A stretch of 64,000 bases of DNA. It comes from a virus. The position numbers were made by a program, and so were the translations under genes. The notes below the pieces were generated by a model that made no database searches, was not told the DNA's origin, and was given only the letters and a program-made list of their open reading frames with translations. The stretch's first letter is position 1. The number at the start of each line of letters is the position of its first letter. Positions 19,559-28,523 of this stretch are shown piece by piece. Location of the stretch: positions 1-64,000 of IMG/VR virus record IMGVR_UViG_3300033148_008025. One strand, written 5' to 3'.

Positions 19559-20185
19559 TTATGCCTCTTTGTCGGAGGCGGGATTGTCAGGGAATGGTTG
19601 CCATCCCAGCCCGAACGTGTAGCCATGATCGTCGTCGCGTTCGCCTCTGTCGTAGCAAAACGCAGTTACCCTGGGAACTGTGACGGTTTCGCCAAACTCT
19701 CGTTTGTAGACTGGTCTCCAGAGCATGTCGGGCGCTCCGTCGTCGGAGTTGGCGTAGTTGAGGCTGCGGCCTTTGTACATAAAGAAGCACTGATTGCCAA
19801 TCTTCACTCCAAGCTCGCCACCGTTGTTAACAACCCACTCGACGTTTTTTTCCTCGAGTACTAGGCCGTCGGTAATCCTGGCAAGTCCAAGCTTCTCGGC
19901 CTCGGTGTATCGCTCCTGTACGCCGTCTATACATAGGTTGAGTCTTGTTACCTCGTTTTGTAGATTCTCGGCGTGCTCAACCAGAGCGGCGAGCTTCTTC
20001 TCGGTGATACCGCCTTCTCGGCCCATCATCTTGAGTATGTCGAGATGGTCCTCGGCATCTTTGGTTGGGTTTTTCTCGGCTTCCATTCTGATTTCAGGTC
20101 CTGTCATCGGCGTCGTCCACTTTTTCCAGTAGCCATTCGACAGCCACTTTTGCTGCAACCGGTTCCACCGTAATCGGTTGCACAC
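19559..20185 (-). CDS. conserved phage hypothetical protein
   Basis: VEWVVNNGGELGVKIGNQCFFMYKGRSL...WRPVYKREFGE motif recalled from other phages. Confidence 0.6.
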   Translation of the reverse strand: MCNRLRWNRLQQKWLSNGYWKKWTTPMTGPEIRMEAEKNPTKDAEDHLDILKMMGREGGITEKKLAALVEHAENLQNEVTRLNLCIDGVQERYTEAEKLGLARITDGLVLEEKNVEWVVNNGGELGVKIGNQCFFMYKGRSLNYANSDDGAPDMLWRPVYKREFGETVTVPRVTAFCYDRGERDDDHGYTFGLGWQPFPDNPASDKEA

Positions 20186-20391
20186 TCGATAGGGATAGCC
20201 TTGTCCTCCAGAAAGATGGTGCAGCTAACATAGCCGTCGTCATCGGAGTCGGCATTCATCCCGCTTACACACTCCGTACCGGTGTTTTTTGGGAATCGTT
20301 TATCAGCAAACTTCTGCGCTGACTCGGGAGCATTTCCTGCACCGCACGAGAATAGAAAAGCGATGGATGCAAAAGCGATAATGTTTTTCAT
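20104..20391 (-). CDS. small lipoprotein
   Basis: Signal peptide with lipobox (FLFS-C); C...DSDDDGYVSC...CATD...C...C pattern. Confidence 0.65.
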   Translation of the reverse strand: MKNIIAFASIAFLFSCGAGNAPESAQKFADKRFPKNTGTECVSGMNADSDDDGYVSCTIFLEDKAIPIECATDYGGTGCSKSGCRMATGKSGRRR

Positions 20392-22303
20392 GATGTGGCG
20401 TTTCGTTTGGAGTGCTGGCTTGCATGCGTTTCACAGGCAAAGGTTGCTGAACAGAACGGACAAAGGTATGGGTCTAACGTGTCCTCGAGAGCGACGACAA
20501 CGACTCGGAATGCGGCAGGCTGAAACGCGCTATGCCCTTCTGCGTGGGTATTAATGATTTCCTTCATCATCTTGACCAGGGCGTTGAGTTCGCGCTTGCG
20601 CTTAGCCTCTGTTGCTTTGACCTCCATGCGAACGTTGAAGACTTCAACTCGTTTCATGGTTCTCTCCTGATTAGGGCGGCAATCTCTGAGAGGTATGGCT
20701 CCAAGTCTTCTTTGAAAAGCACACCCTCGTCCATGTCGTGTTTAATCTCCGTGATGAACAGTGAGAACCACTTGGAGACGTACTCGGATGTGATTTCCTT
20801 CTGCTTGGTGATGAGTCTGCGGAGACTGCGGTTTTGTTTTTTGAGACTGGCGATGCACAGGTCGGGTGTGTGACCACCCATGATGCTGTAGCTGTACTGG
20901 CATTCGCACCGGGTGCATGTTGCGGTTAGATCTGTGCTCATTCGATGACATCGACTTTCTCGTCCAGTGTCCGATCTTCGCTGCGGAAGGAAACATCAAA
21001 CTCGAACGCTCCGCCCCTGGCAGTAGTGCGCGGCCCAACTTTGACCGAGAGAAGACGCTCCTGTCTAAATCCAGTTCGGACCCAGACGCAGAATATCTCA
21101 CTGCTCTTGGCATCTTCTGGGATCACAATCTTCGCTAGAATGTTTGCGTTCTTCTCTTTTTGTTCTCTGGCCTTGAGAGCCTCTTGCGCTGCAGATTTAC
21201 AGTACGCCTCCGAGCGAACCCAATCGCGCACTGCGTCTTCCATGTTTTGACTTGCCACTACATACCTTCTTTCATTGCTGCGTTTTGTTTCCGCCGTTTT
21301 GCTGCAAAGCGATTTGCATTTGCATGGTGTTGTATTTTTGCGCACAGACTGGGCAGTAGAGTGACCCGTTTGTAAGGATGGTCCACTGAGGAACCTCCGG
21401 TGGAGACACAACACGAATAGTCTTCCCTGCCATATCGTGCTGCATGAAGCCCATGGCGCTCTCCTTGCACTTTGGTGCATCACAGTAGAATGTTCCTTCT
21501 AGTTCAATCATGTTTTCTTTCCTGGCCTGTAATCGTTCTCTTTCCAGTCGTTGAATTCGTCCCACATCCCCGTATGGTCAAGCCATTTTTCAAGCAGTGG
21601 GTCTAGCGGACCATTCCATTGGATTTCCTCTGCTCCGCCAGTTGTCAGGGCAAGGTTCTGGGTATCCATTCGGTGCTCTCCTTCGTCGACAGTGAATTGG
21701 TACGCAGGGGTGGTCCACTCAAACAGGACGATCTCACCGCACTCGTCGCACTTGTCGTCGGTTGTCCTGGTACCCCACCCGTTTCCGAATGAGGTGCAAG
21801 ACACGGCATGTGATGAATTGATTTCTATCTTTCTCACACTCCATCCTCTATGGGAGCAGCACTTCCCTCCATGAGAAGATCCAGATCTTCCGGGGTCATA
21901 GTTCCGTCAACAAGGGTGCTGCCATCTTCAAGAAACACCCTGATCCCTTCAGGTGGACGTGCCTCGTATCGTCTGATGAGTATTTTTCTCACCCTCGTGC
22001 CCCCGATGGATACAAACTTATCCGGCATTGGAGTTTTCCCTTGCGAGCCTTAGCAAAGCTTTCTTGCATCGTATGATGTCCTCTCGGTCCGGTTTACTCT
22101 GTGTCTGCCCTGCGATAGCTTGCTCTGCGCTGCCTGCCATTTCAAGGTGAACATTCCGCAGGTGACTGCTGGCTCCGGTGTCACACCATGCCTGCTTGCA
22201 GCTTGGGCACCACATTGTGGTAATCCCTCTGTCCGATATTTTCACGTTCAATAGGCACGCGGCTTCACAGGTACATGTTGGCTTGTTTTCTTCTGTCATT
22301 GTT

Positions 22304-22795
22304 TTATCTCCATTCGATCCATTCGTCCGGCATGGCGTCCATTCGAATTCTTGGTTTGTCTTTGAAATGTACGTCCATTGCTTCATCCATAATTTGAACA
22401 TCAAAGGGGTAGTCGTATCCCCGGTCGGCCAGGTCTCGATTGCTTTTCACTCCCTCGTAGCTTTGCTTCCAGCGCGCAGTGGACCAGGCGTTCATGTTGC
22501 TACGATGGATGTCGACGAGTGATCCGTCTGGCATGCGATACCATCCGATTTCTCCGAACTGTCTCTTGCGCTCTTTCTGTGAAATGACAATGCGAATGTC
22601 GTAGTCCCTTGGGTCCGATCTCGTAAGAGCGCTTCCGCAGAGATAGACCTTCCCTCCGTAGCGCATGGCAAGAGAATTGGCCATCCCCTGAAACCTTAAC
22701 CAGAAGAGTTCGAACGGCCGATCTTTGACGTGCTTGTCCCAGTCGGGCTTTTCGATTGCGGTGGTGATTGGTTGTATCCTTGGCTTTCCTCCCAT
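22304..22795 (-). CDS. minimal nucleotidyltransferase (Pol-beta superfamily)
   Basis: hGS-x8-DxD motif VYLCGSALTRSDPRDYDIRIVI; candidate third Asp in FDVQI. Confidence 0.65.
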   Translation of the reverse strand: MGGKPRIQPITTAIEKPDWDKHVKDRPFELFWLRFQGMANSLAMRYGGKVYLCGSALTRSDPRDYDIRIVISQKERKRQFGEIGWYRMPDGSLVDIHRSNMNAWSTARWKQSYEGVKSNRDLADRGYDYPFDVQIMDEAMDVHFKDKPRIRMDAMPDEWIEWR

Positions 22796-23064
22796 TACAA
22801 ACCCCTCCCAGCCCCGCAGTTAATACACTCGGGGCCAATTCCACGCCTGGGTGCCTCGCAGCAAGTAGATGTATTGATAACCTGCGGAACGGCACAGGGT
22901 TTGAGCCAGGATGCTGGCAGGAATCCACCCCCGCTAATCCACTTGTCCAGCGCCGTCGCAAGCTCTGCCAGGCGGAGCGTATCACCAAGGGTGTAGTCTC
23001 CCTTTCCATCGAGCATCCTATCGATGATGGCTCTCTGTTCTTCTAAGTTTGCATTTGGATCCAT
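22795..23064 (-). CDS. conserved phage hypothetical protein
   Basis: MDPNANL...LAEL-x-x-ALDKWISGGGFLP-x-x-W family pattern. Confidence 0.6.
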   Translation of the reverse strand: MDPNANLEEQRAIIDRMLDGKGDYTLGDTLRLAELATALDKWISGGGFLPASWLKPCAVPQVINTSTCCEAPRRGIGPECINCGAGRGL

Positions 23065-23345
23065 TACGAAACCCTTTCTACTGTCAGTTCGCAGACCATG
23101 CTTTCGTAGCAGCCCCGCTGTTTCTCATGGATGACGTACTCGCGGCCAGTCACTTTGTACTTAGCTCTTACAGGGTAGTTTTTCTCTCGGTGTGGATGGT
23201 CGGGCCACTCCTGTTTATGTGAGCGCTTGATGGTGATGATGTCGCCGACCTGTGGCAAGGGGAATCCCTCGATGTCCTGGGCTAGGTAGAAGTTTTCCTT
23301 CTCTTCGATGACGGTTGGTTCCCAGATGATAAGTCTTGTTTGCAT
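23064..23345 (-). CDS. hypothetical protein (SH3-like beta pattern)
   Basis: LPQVGDIITI...YKVTGREYVI. Confidence 0.5.
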   Translation of the reverse strand: MQTRLIIWEPTVIEEKENFYLAQDIEGFPLPQVGDIITIKRSHKQEWPDHPHREKNYPVRAKYKVTGREYVIHEKQRGCYESMVCELTVERVS

Positions 23346-23710
23346 TAAGACTCCTCCTCCGCGAACGCGAAGCGTCGGTACTCCGCGCCCTCGAATTCGA
23401 TGACAACAGGGTTGAGTTGAAACAGCCCACCCCCGGCATAGTTACACCCCATGGCTTCCTTGCTTTTTGGTTCTTGGTGTTCGGTGTTAAGCCCTGCTCG
23501 CTCGCATCCACCTGCAGCCCATCGCCCGATACAGCTGAATCCGATAACGTTGGTAATGTTCTCCCGCTCAAGGTTTGTTCTTTCCAGGAAGTCACGCACT
23601 GTCTGCACAGTGCTACATGTGGGGCAAATGAACTTCCAATTCTCCAGATTGTCGCCAAACAGCCTGGTTGCTTTATCAAGCCATTCATCTCTCGTTATGG
23701 TCGTAGACAT
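23345..23710 (-). CDS. VVA0879-like phage protein
   Basis: WKFICPTC-x-x-VQ-x-x-x-DF...FSCIGRW...GCNY-x-GGGLF-x-LNP. Confidence 0.65.
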   Translation of the reverse strand: MSTTITRDEWLDKATRLFGDNLENWKFICPTCSTVQTVRDFLERTNLERENITNVIGFSCIGRWAAGGCERAGLNTEHQEPKSKEAMGCNYAGGGLFQLNPVVIEFEGAEYRRFAFAEEES

Positions 23711-23752
23711 AGTTGTTCTCCTTCATAGTCCTTGTGCCTGAAAACACACGAC

Positions 23753-23775
23753 GCTAAAAAAGCCCCGAAGGGCTT
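23753..23775 (-). terminator. Rho-independent terminator
   Basis: Minus strand AAGCCC-TTCG-GGGCTT-TTTTAGC, immediately after the collagen-like gene stop. Confidence 0.8.
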
Positions 23776-23777
23776 GG

Positions 23778-24515
23778 CTAGAACGAAACAATCCTCCACG
23801 GGAGATTCTTGTTTACGGTAAACGGGGTGGCAGAAGCCCTAACAGCACTTCTGATTCCGTTGGCATTGGTACAGGATGATCCTCCAAGCCGGTAGGACGC
23901 AAACGACCTTGAGGCCGACTTCCCCTCAGCCTTCCATAGGCTTGTCTCAAGCTGCGGCGTGTACAGCACGTCGCTGTATTGTTGGGTGACTTCAGAAGAG
24001 TTCAGGTACGCCTGCCCGGTGCAGTTGGACCCTGAGAATGAGATGACGGATATGCTGGCCTGTGCTACTACAAACCCTTGAGGAAACGTTGGACCAGGGG
24101 AATCAGCCGCAGCATAGAACCCTGTCCCCATCCCAGAGCCCCTGTCGATGGTGACAGGGTATCCAAGTTTCACCCCGGACTGATTTAGCACCACCAGTTG
24201 TGATGCGTTTTCGCCGGCAGGTCCCTGTGGGCCTGTTGTACCTGTGGCCCCAGTGGCGCCCGTTGATCCAGTTACACCTGTAGGCCCAGTGGCTCCCATG
24301 TCTCCGGTATCTCCCATGTCGCCTCTGTCCCCCTTATCTCCGTTTTCCCCATCGGTACCGTCCAGTCCATCGATGCCAGCTGGGCCTATATCCCCCTTAT
24401 CCCCTTTACTCCCTTCGACCACCTCTGGCACAGATGGTTGGCTGCTTTCTGTTCCACACCCTCCCAACACCGCAGTTAGGAGGGGTATCAGTATCAGTAT
24501 TAGTATTATTCTCAT
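23778..24515 (-). CDS. collagen-like (Gly-X-Y) lipoprotein
   Basis: Signal peptide MRIILILILIPLLTAVLGG-C (lipobox), about 22 Gly-X-Y triplets (GSKGDKGDIGPAG...GPQGPAG), then a globular C-terminal domain. Confidence 0.85.
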   Translation of the reverse strand: MRIILILILIPLLTAVLGGCGTESSQPSVPEVVEGSKGDKGDIGPAGIDGLDGTDGENGDKGDRGDMGDTGDMGATGPTGVTGSTGATGATGTTGPQGPAGENASQLVVLNQSGVKLGYPVTIDRGSGMGTGFYAAADSPGPTFPQGFVVAQASISVISFSGSNCTGQAYLNSSEVTQQYSDVLYTPQLETSLWKAEGKSASRSFASYRLGGSSCTNANGIRSAVRASATPFTVNKNLPWRIVSF

Positions 24516-24526
24516 TTTCACCCTTT

Positions 24527-24844
24527 TCAATCGTAGTAACGCCCTACTGTCTCGGGGTGGCACCAGTGCCTGTTTTTGGGCCCCCGCCCCTCCCTATTCC
24601 ACTTGAGGACGCTGTCCAGCGTTTCATAGATGTCTCGACATCCAGTTTTTCCTACCATTACAGGCACATATGCCTGTAATGTGACGGTGCTTATTCCGCC
24701 GTCAATCTTTCCCTCACAGTCAACACAGACGACGGGCAGAACTTCCCCGTCCTGCACGTAGACGATGTTCGTGTTTGTTTTTTCGCAGCAGTGCGGTACG
24801 TCTATTTTCACCATTGCTTTGAGGATTTTTTCTAGATTCAACAT
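24527..24844 (-). CDS. small Cys-containing hypothetical protein
   Basis: 105 aa; HCCEK...CVDCEG; AAGGA RBS upstream. Confidence 0.5.
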   Translation of the reverse strand: MLNLEKILKAMVKIDVPHCCEKTNTNIVYVQDGEVLPVVCVDCEGKIDGGISTVTLQAYVPVMVGKTGCRDIYETLDSVLKWNREGRGPKNRHWCHPETVGRYYD

Positions 24845-24885
24845 GTTATTCCTTCTTGTGTGTTACCGATGCTGTTTCGCAGACA

Positions 24886-24914
24886 GGCCTCAGAGAAGAA
24901 TTTCACTGAGGCCT
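24886..24914. other. intergenic hairpin
   Basis: AGGCCTCAG...CTGAGGCCT 9-bp perfect stem with no U-tract; possible processing or stability element. Confidence 0.5.
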
Positions 24915-25271
24915 ATCCGAACTCTACTTACTAACAAGTCGTACTGCGGTGCGAGCGATTGCACCCCAGATAACCCACTTTCCTACGAAGCGGTAGACAT
25001 CGTCCACCGTGATTGTTTTCATATCCTTTATGAACTCGCTTGCCACCCGACTGTCTTCCATTACGAACTCCTCGACCCATATGGGCCCCTTGTATCGTCC
25101 GAGGCAAACAGTTCCCTGTCTGCCTCTGCGACGAAGTTTGTACTTCGAATTCGCACTGTTTCCATCATTGGAAGCCTCGCCTCATCGAAGTGATAGTCCT
25201 CACGCTGACGTGGGACATATTTATTAGTGGTTGACTCATGGCGAAGCTGGATGAGCTTCCGCCGCGCCTGT

Positions 25272-25709
25272 TTAGTTGAGAAGCTCAAGAGCTTCCCCGA
25301 GCGTTGCCTCAGTCATATCTCCGAGTCCCTCGATGGCCTTTTGGGCAACCTCATCAGAGATTTTCCCGATAAACACATGACCCTGCTCCGCAGGGGGTAG
25401 TTTGCCGAGTTTCACCACACCAGCTAGAAACATCCCGGCAACGCATGCCCATCCTCCTACGACAATAAGCTTGTCGATGATCTCATTGTCCGCCCTGACC
25501 TGGGCGAATCGAGACAACTTCCTGCTGTCGAGAATCTTCTTCTCGGTGTCACGGCTCCGCTGCTGTTCTTTCCTGAACTCGGCGTGCAATAATTTTGCTC
25601 CTGCTCTTTGCGTATCAGACTCTTCCCTGCGCTCATTAGCCTTGAGCTCGAGCGTTTCGATCCTATCAAAGATGTTTCGCAGTTCTTCCTTGTTTTCTTC
25701 ATCTGGCAT
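25272..25709 (-). CDS. coiled-coil membrane protein
   Basis: Charged coiled coil, then a TM segment LIVVGGWACVAGMFLAGVV. Confidence 0.55.
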   Translation of the reverse strand: MPDEENKEELRNIFDRIETLELKANERREESDTQRAGAKLLHAEFRKEQQRSRDTEKKILDSRKLSRFAQVRADNEIIDKLIVVGGWACVAGMFLAGVVKLGKLPPAEQGHVFIGKISDEVAQKAIEGLGDMTEATLGEALELLN

Positions 25710-25942
25710 CTTGGACTCCTTTTGTTGGTTATTTTCTTAGGCTGCCAGCAATGGCAACCATGATTGTTGTTGTAATTGCGATAACCACAGATGTAGCTAT
25801 CAAACTGGTCGCGAATACAGCCACGTCTCTGAACGTGGCTGACTCATCCGCTAGCATGTTGTCAATTTCCTTTCGGAGCTTGACGCGTGCCTGTTTTTCG
25901 CGAGCCAGCTCGTACTTGCTGACTAGCTCGTCGAACCTCATT

Positions 25943-26275
25943 TTATCGCCTAATGAGGTGGTTAGCCAAGGCAGCAATGCCACCCACGGCTGCGACGCCG
26001 GCCACGATGAATGAGTGCTTGCGCATTCGTTTGCGTTTGAACTCGGAGAGTGCGCTCAATGTTGCATTCACCGAGGCCTGTTTTTCGCGTACCTTGTTGG
26101 CTGCCGCTGCTGTGTCTCCACCGCTGCCCTTCAGTTCCTCTAGTTCTTTGCTGAACTGGATGAGCTTTCCTTTTTCTCTCATCACATCCTTTTGGAAAAA
26201 CTTATAATCGTCGGCATTCTCGATGTGGCAGGTTGTGTTTGTTTGGTTATTTTCTGTTGCTTTTACGATGATCAT
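25943..26275 (-). CDS. coiled-coil protein with C-terminal membrane anchor
   Basis: Ends FIVAGVAAVGGIAALANHLIRR; first gene after motif copy 2. Confidence 0.55.
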   Translation of the reverse strand: MIIVKATENNQTNTTCHIENADDYKFFQKDVMREKGKLIQFSKELEELKGSGGDTAAAANKVREKQASVNATLSALSEFKRKRMRKHSFIVAGVAAVGGIAALANHLIRR

Positions 26276-26395
26276 GTTTGGACTCCATTGCTAAGAGAGT
26301 TGAGACTCTCTCTTGCTCCCCAATTAGAAAAACCACCACAGCCTGGGGAGACTGGGTGGTTGGATTGGGAAAACTATCTTTCCTTCTCTATAACT

Positions 26396-26415
26396 CTTAT
26401 GCCGTAAAAGGATGC
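26396..26415 (-). promoter_or_regulatory. Copy 2 of GCA-N7-9-GGCATAAG motif
   Basis: Minus strand GCATCCTTTTACGGCATAAG, in the intergenic gap upstream of ORF 25943-26275. Confidence 0.55.
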
Positions 26416-26423
26416 ATGGAGTG

Positions 26424-26657
26424 CTAGTTGGAGGTCTTTTTCGGGGTCCTGTAACCCGTTCTTCCGCTGATGCCAGGCCTATCGGGGGTGCTCTTCTTAC
26501 CCCTCGTGAAGTACATCGCAATGTCCTTCATCGGGTTTGTAAACCCGTGCCTTGTGATATGCCCATGTCTGTCATGTTCAAACATCCTGGCGCTACAGGT
26601 CTTGCATTTATAGAGTCGCACCATTCGAGACTTGTCTGACATGTTCGCAAGCGACAT
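26424..26657 (-). CDS. small C2H2-like zinc-finger protein
   Basis: YKCKTC...H-x3-H pattern (HGHITRH). Confidence 0.45.
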   Translation of the reverse strand: MSLANMSDKSRMVRLYKCKTCSARMFEHDRHGHITRHGFTNPMKDIAMYFTRGKKSTPDRPGISGRTGYRTPKKTSN

Positions 26658-26705
26658 TACCGGCTTGCATTCGCCGTGGCAACTGTGATTAGCTGATGAC
26701 TTCTT

Positions 26706-27063
26706 GGGAATGAAACGGTTTCGACGGAGGGATAGAGAGACAAGAATGCGTGTCGAGGTTAATCGAAGGGCCTCGTATAAAAATCGATTACATCTAATTG
26801 CAAACGATAACTCGTTCGCTCCTGCTCTCGCCGCTGTTGCGTAAGTAGGTTGGGCTCGAAGAGCCTCGAAACAGAATCTTCAGGAACCCCCGGCTGGTCG
26901 GGGTTAGAAACCAGGCATGTCGTCCCAGCAGACAAGTATTAGAAAAATACTGGGTGGTGGAGGCGCCTTTGGTGCCCTGATGGTTGCCGGTCATAACCGG
27001 ATACACACGTAGACTTCTTGGCTTGATACTTTTTGGACTGGGGTTCGATTCCCCACATTTCCA
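26706..27063 (+). ncRNA. ssrA: tmRNA (transfer-messenger RNA), about 358 nt, tag ANDNSFAPALAAVA
   Basis: 5' GGGAATG pairs with 3' CATTTCC-A, including the G3:U wobble of tRNA-Ala identity. 5' GGTTTCGAC motif, T-arm TGGGG-TTCGATT-CCCCA. Resume codon GCA at 26800 after TAATT; tag ORF 26800-26844. CCA is not encoded. Confidence 0.93.
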
Positions 27064-27105
27064 CTGATTTGATAATCACCTCCACCAGCAACACATAGGA
27101 ACGAA

Positions 27106-27936
27106 ATGTTTACACCTGAAGCTATCGCGGCCGTACTCAACACTCACCTGCTAAGAGAACTTGCCAATGGCAATGCTGCTTCGGTCAGCGAAAGCATGGG
27201 GGAGTATTTTACCGCGGAGCTGTGTCAAATGTTCAATGACTCCGGATGGAGCGTTGAGGGCACCCGTGTTAAGCAGGAAGCAAATATCGTAGCGATGAGC
27301 TTCAGGCTTAGTGATCCCGCGTCCGGGAGCGAGATTGTCAAAAGCAAGTGGTGGACAGAACAAGAGCTTCTCTCAGGGGGAGGAACGTTCACGGCCCTGG
27401 GTTCACTGCTACTTCAGGAAGCTGTGGACGAACTTCTTAAAATTGTGATTCCAACGCACAGGATCACAGTGAGTGTCGAGTCGCCCTACTCGTTATCGAG
27501 AGATGCATGCGGAGATGTCTCCCGCCTCATTCAGAGTAAGATGATCGGAGAGATTGTCGGCCAGCATAATGGGAAAAATAAATGTGGAACCACTTACGAG
27601 GTCGACCAGAAGTGGCTCGATTCTGCGACGAAAGAGTTCAACCAGGTCGTTGAGAGACCACCAATGCTTCTTGGTGGAAAACTGAACTCGGATATAAAAG
27701 AACTTGTTGACGATGTTCGAGGCCTCACCTATCCAGGTGCAGATCAGAAAGCATTCCGCGAAAAGTGGGGCCATCTCTTGACTGTTGTAACTAGGGCGGC
27801 CAAGGAGCTCGCGAGGATGGATTTGCCATTCGAGGAGATTTTCGTCATTGGCGGCCGGGTCCGTGCGATGACATCAGCCGGCTTCGGTCGTCGCGACAGT
27901 GGCTGGTTTGAGATTGCCTCGCCCGTCCCAAACTAG
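27106..27936 (+). CDS. hypothetical protein
   Basis: 276-aa ORF directly after the tmRNA, AGGA RBS. Confidence 0.6.
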   Translation: MFTPEAIAAVLNTHLLRELANGNAASVSESMGEYFTAELCQMFNDSGWSVEGTRVKQEANIVAMSFRLSDPASGSEIVKSKWWTEQELLSGGGTFTALGSLLLQEAVDELLKIVIPTHRITVSVESPYSLSRDACGDVSRLIQSKMIGEIVGQHNGKNKCGTTYEVDQKWLDSATKEFNQVVERPPMLLGGKLNSDIKELVDDVRGLTYPGADQKAFREKWGHLLTVVTRAAKELARMDLPFEEIFVIGGRVRAMTSAGFGRRDSGWFEIASPVPN

Positions 27937-28112
27937 CAACCTCGCACCCCTAAGGGACATCGTCGAGATTCGCGACCTCGACGGACCAAAGGGTGGGACC
28001 ATACTTGTCATGAAGCTTGAGTGCGGTCACATGGTATGGAAAAGGCTGAAGAGGCCGCCAAAGCAGCAACGATGTGTTGTGTGCTGGTGGGACGAAGGTG
28101 TAGGCTGAGGCC

Positions 28113-28523
28113 ATGTACACCAAAGATCGGGTAGAGCTCGTTGACGAAGTACTCGACGAGCTCACAGTGGAACTCATTGCGGTAGCTTGCCACCAGCAGA
28201 ACAAGACCTATTGCCAGATGATCGGCGACGACAGTCAACCTCTCTGGGATGAGGCTCCGGAGTGGCAGCAAGACTCAGCAGTGGCCGGAGTTCGTCTGGC
28301 TCTTGTCAATCCAAACCCCGCTGCCAGTCACGAGTCATGGCTCGAGCACAAAAAAGCTGATGGCTGGGTGTATGGCAAGGAAAAGGATGCCGAGAAGAAA
28401 ACCCATCACTGCATGGTTCCCTACGGAGATCTGCCGTCAGAGCAGAAGATGAAGGATGAGCTCTACATCAACATGGTTCAGCAGCTCGGTCTCGCTTCGA
28501 ACCTTATCCGTCTCAGGAGCTAG
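28113..28523 (+). CDS. RyR-domain protein
   Basis: HESWLEHKKADGWVYG-x-x-KDAEKKTHHCMVPYGDLPSEQKMKD is the RyR repeat signature. Confidence 0.85.
   Translation: MYTKDRVELVDEVLDELTVELIAVACHQQNKTYCQMIGDDSQPLWDEAPEWQQDSAVAGVRLALVNPNPAASHESWLEHKKADGWVYGKEKDAEKKTHHCMVPYGDLPSEQKMKDELYINMVQQLGLASNLIRLRS

Noticed and set aside
22304-22795. Nucleotidyltransferase as the CCA-adding enzyme for the tmRNA
   Set aside because: At 163 aa it is too small and lacks the class II CCA-enzyme motifs; host enzymes normally add CCA.
25272-26275. Three membrane-anchored ORFs as a holin/spanin lysis cassette
   Set aside because: No endolysin, lipoprotein o-spanin or nested gene arrangement nearby; the TM segments alone are not diagnostic.
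27036-27063. tmRNA 3' end as a prophage attachment site
   Set aside because: The gene is complete, there is no duplicated 3' fragment or integrase, and both flanks are phage-like.
27418-27450. Internal AVDELLKIV (ORF 27106-27936) and RDELVKAV (ORF 35030-37129) as extra leader copies
   Set aside because: They lack the GF prefix and are not N-terminal, so they are compatible with ordinary amphipathic helices.
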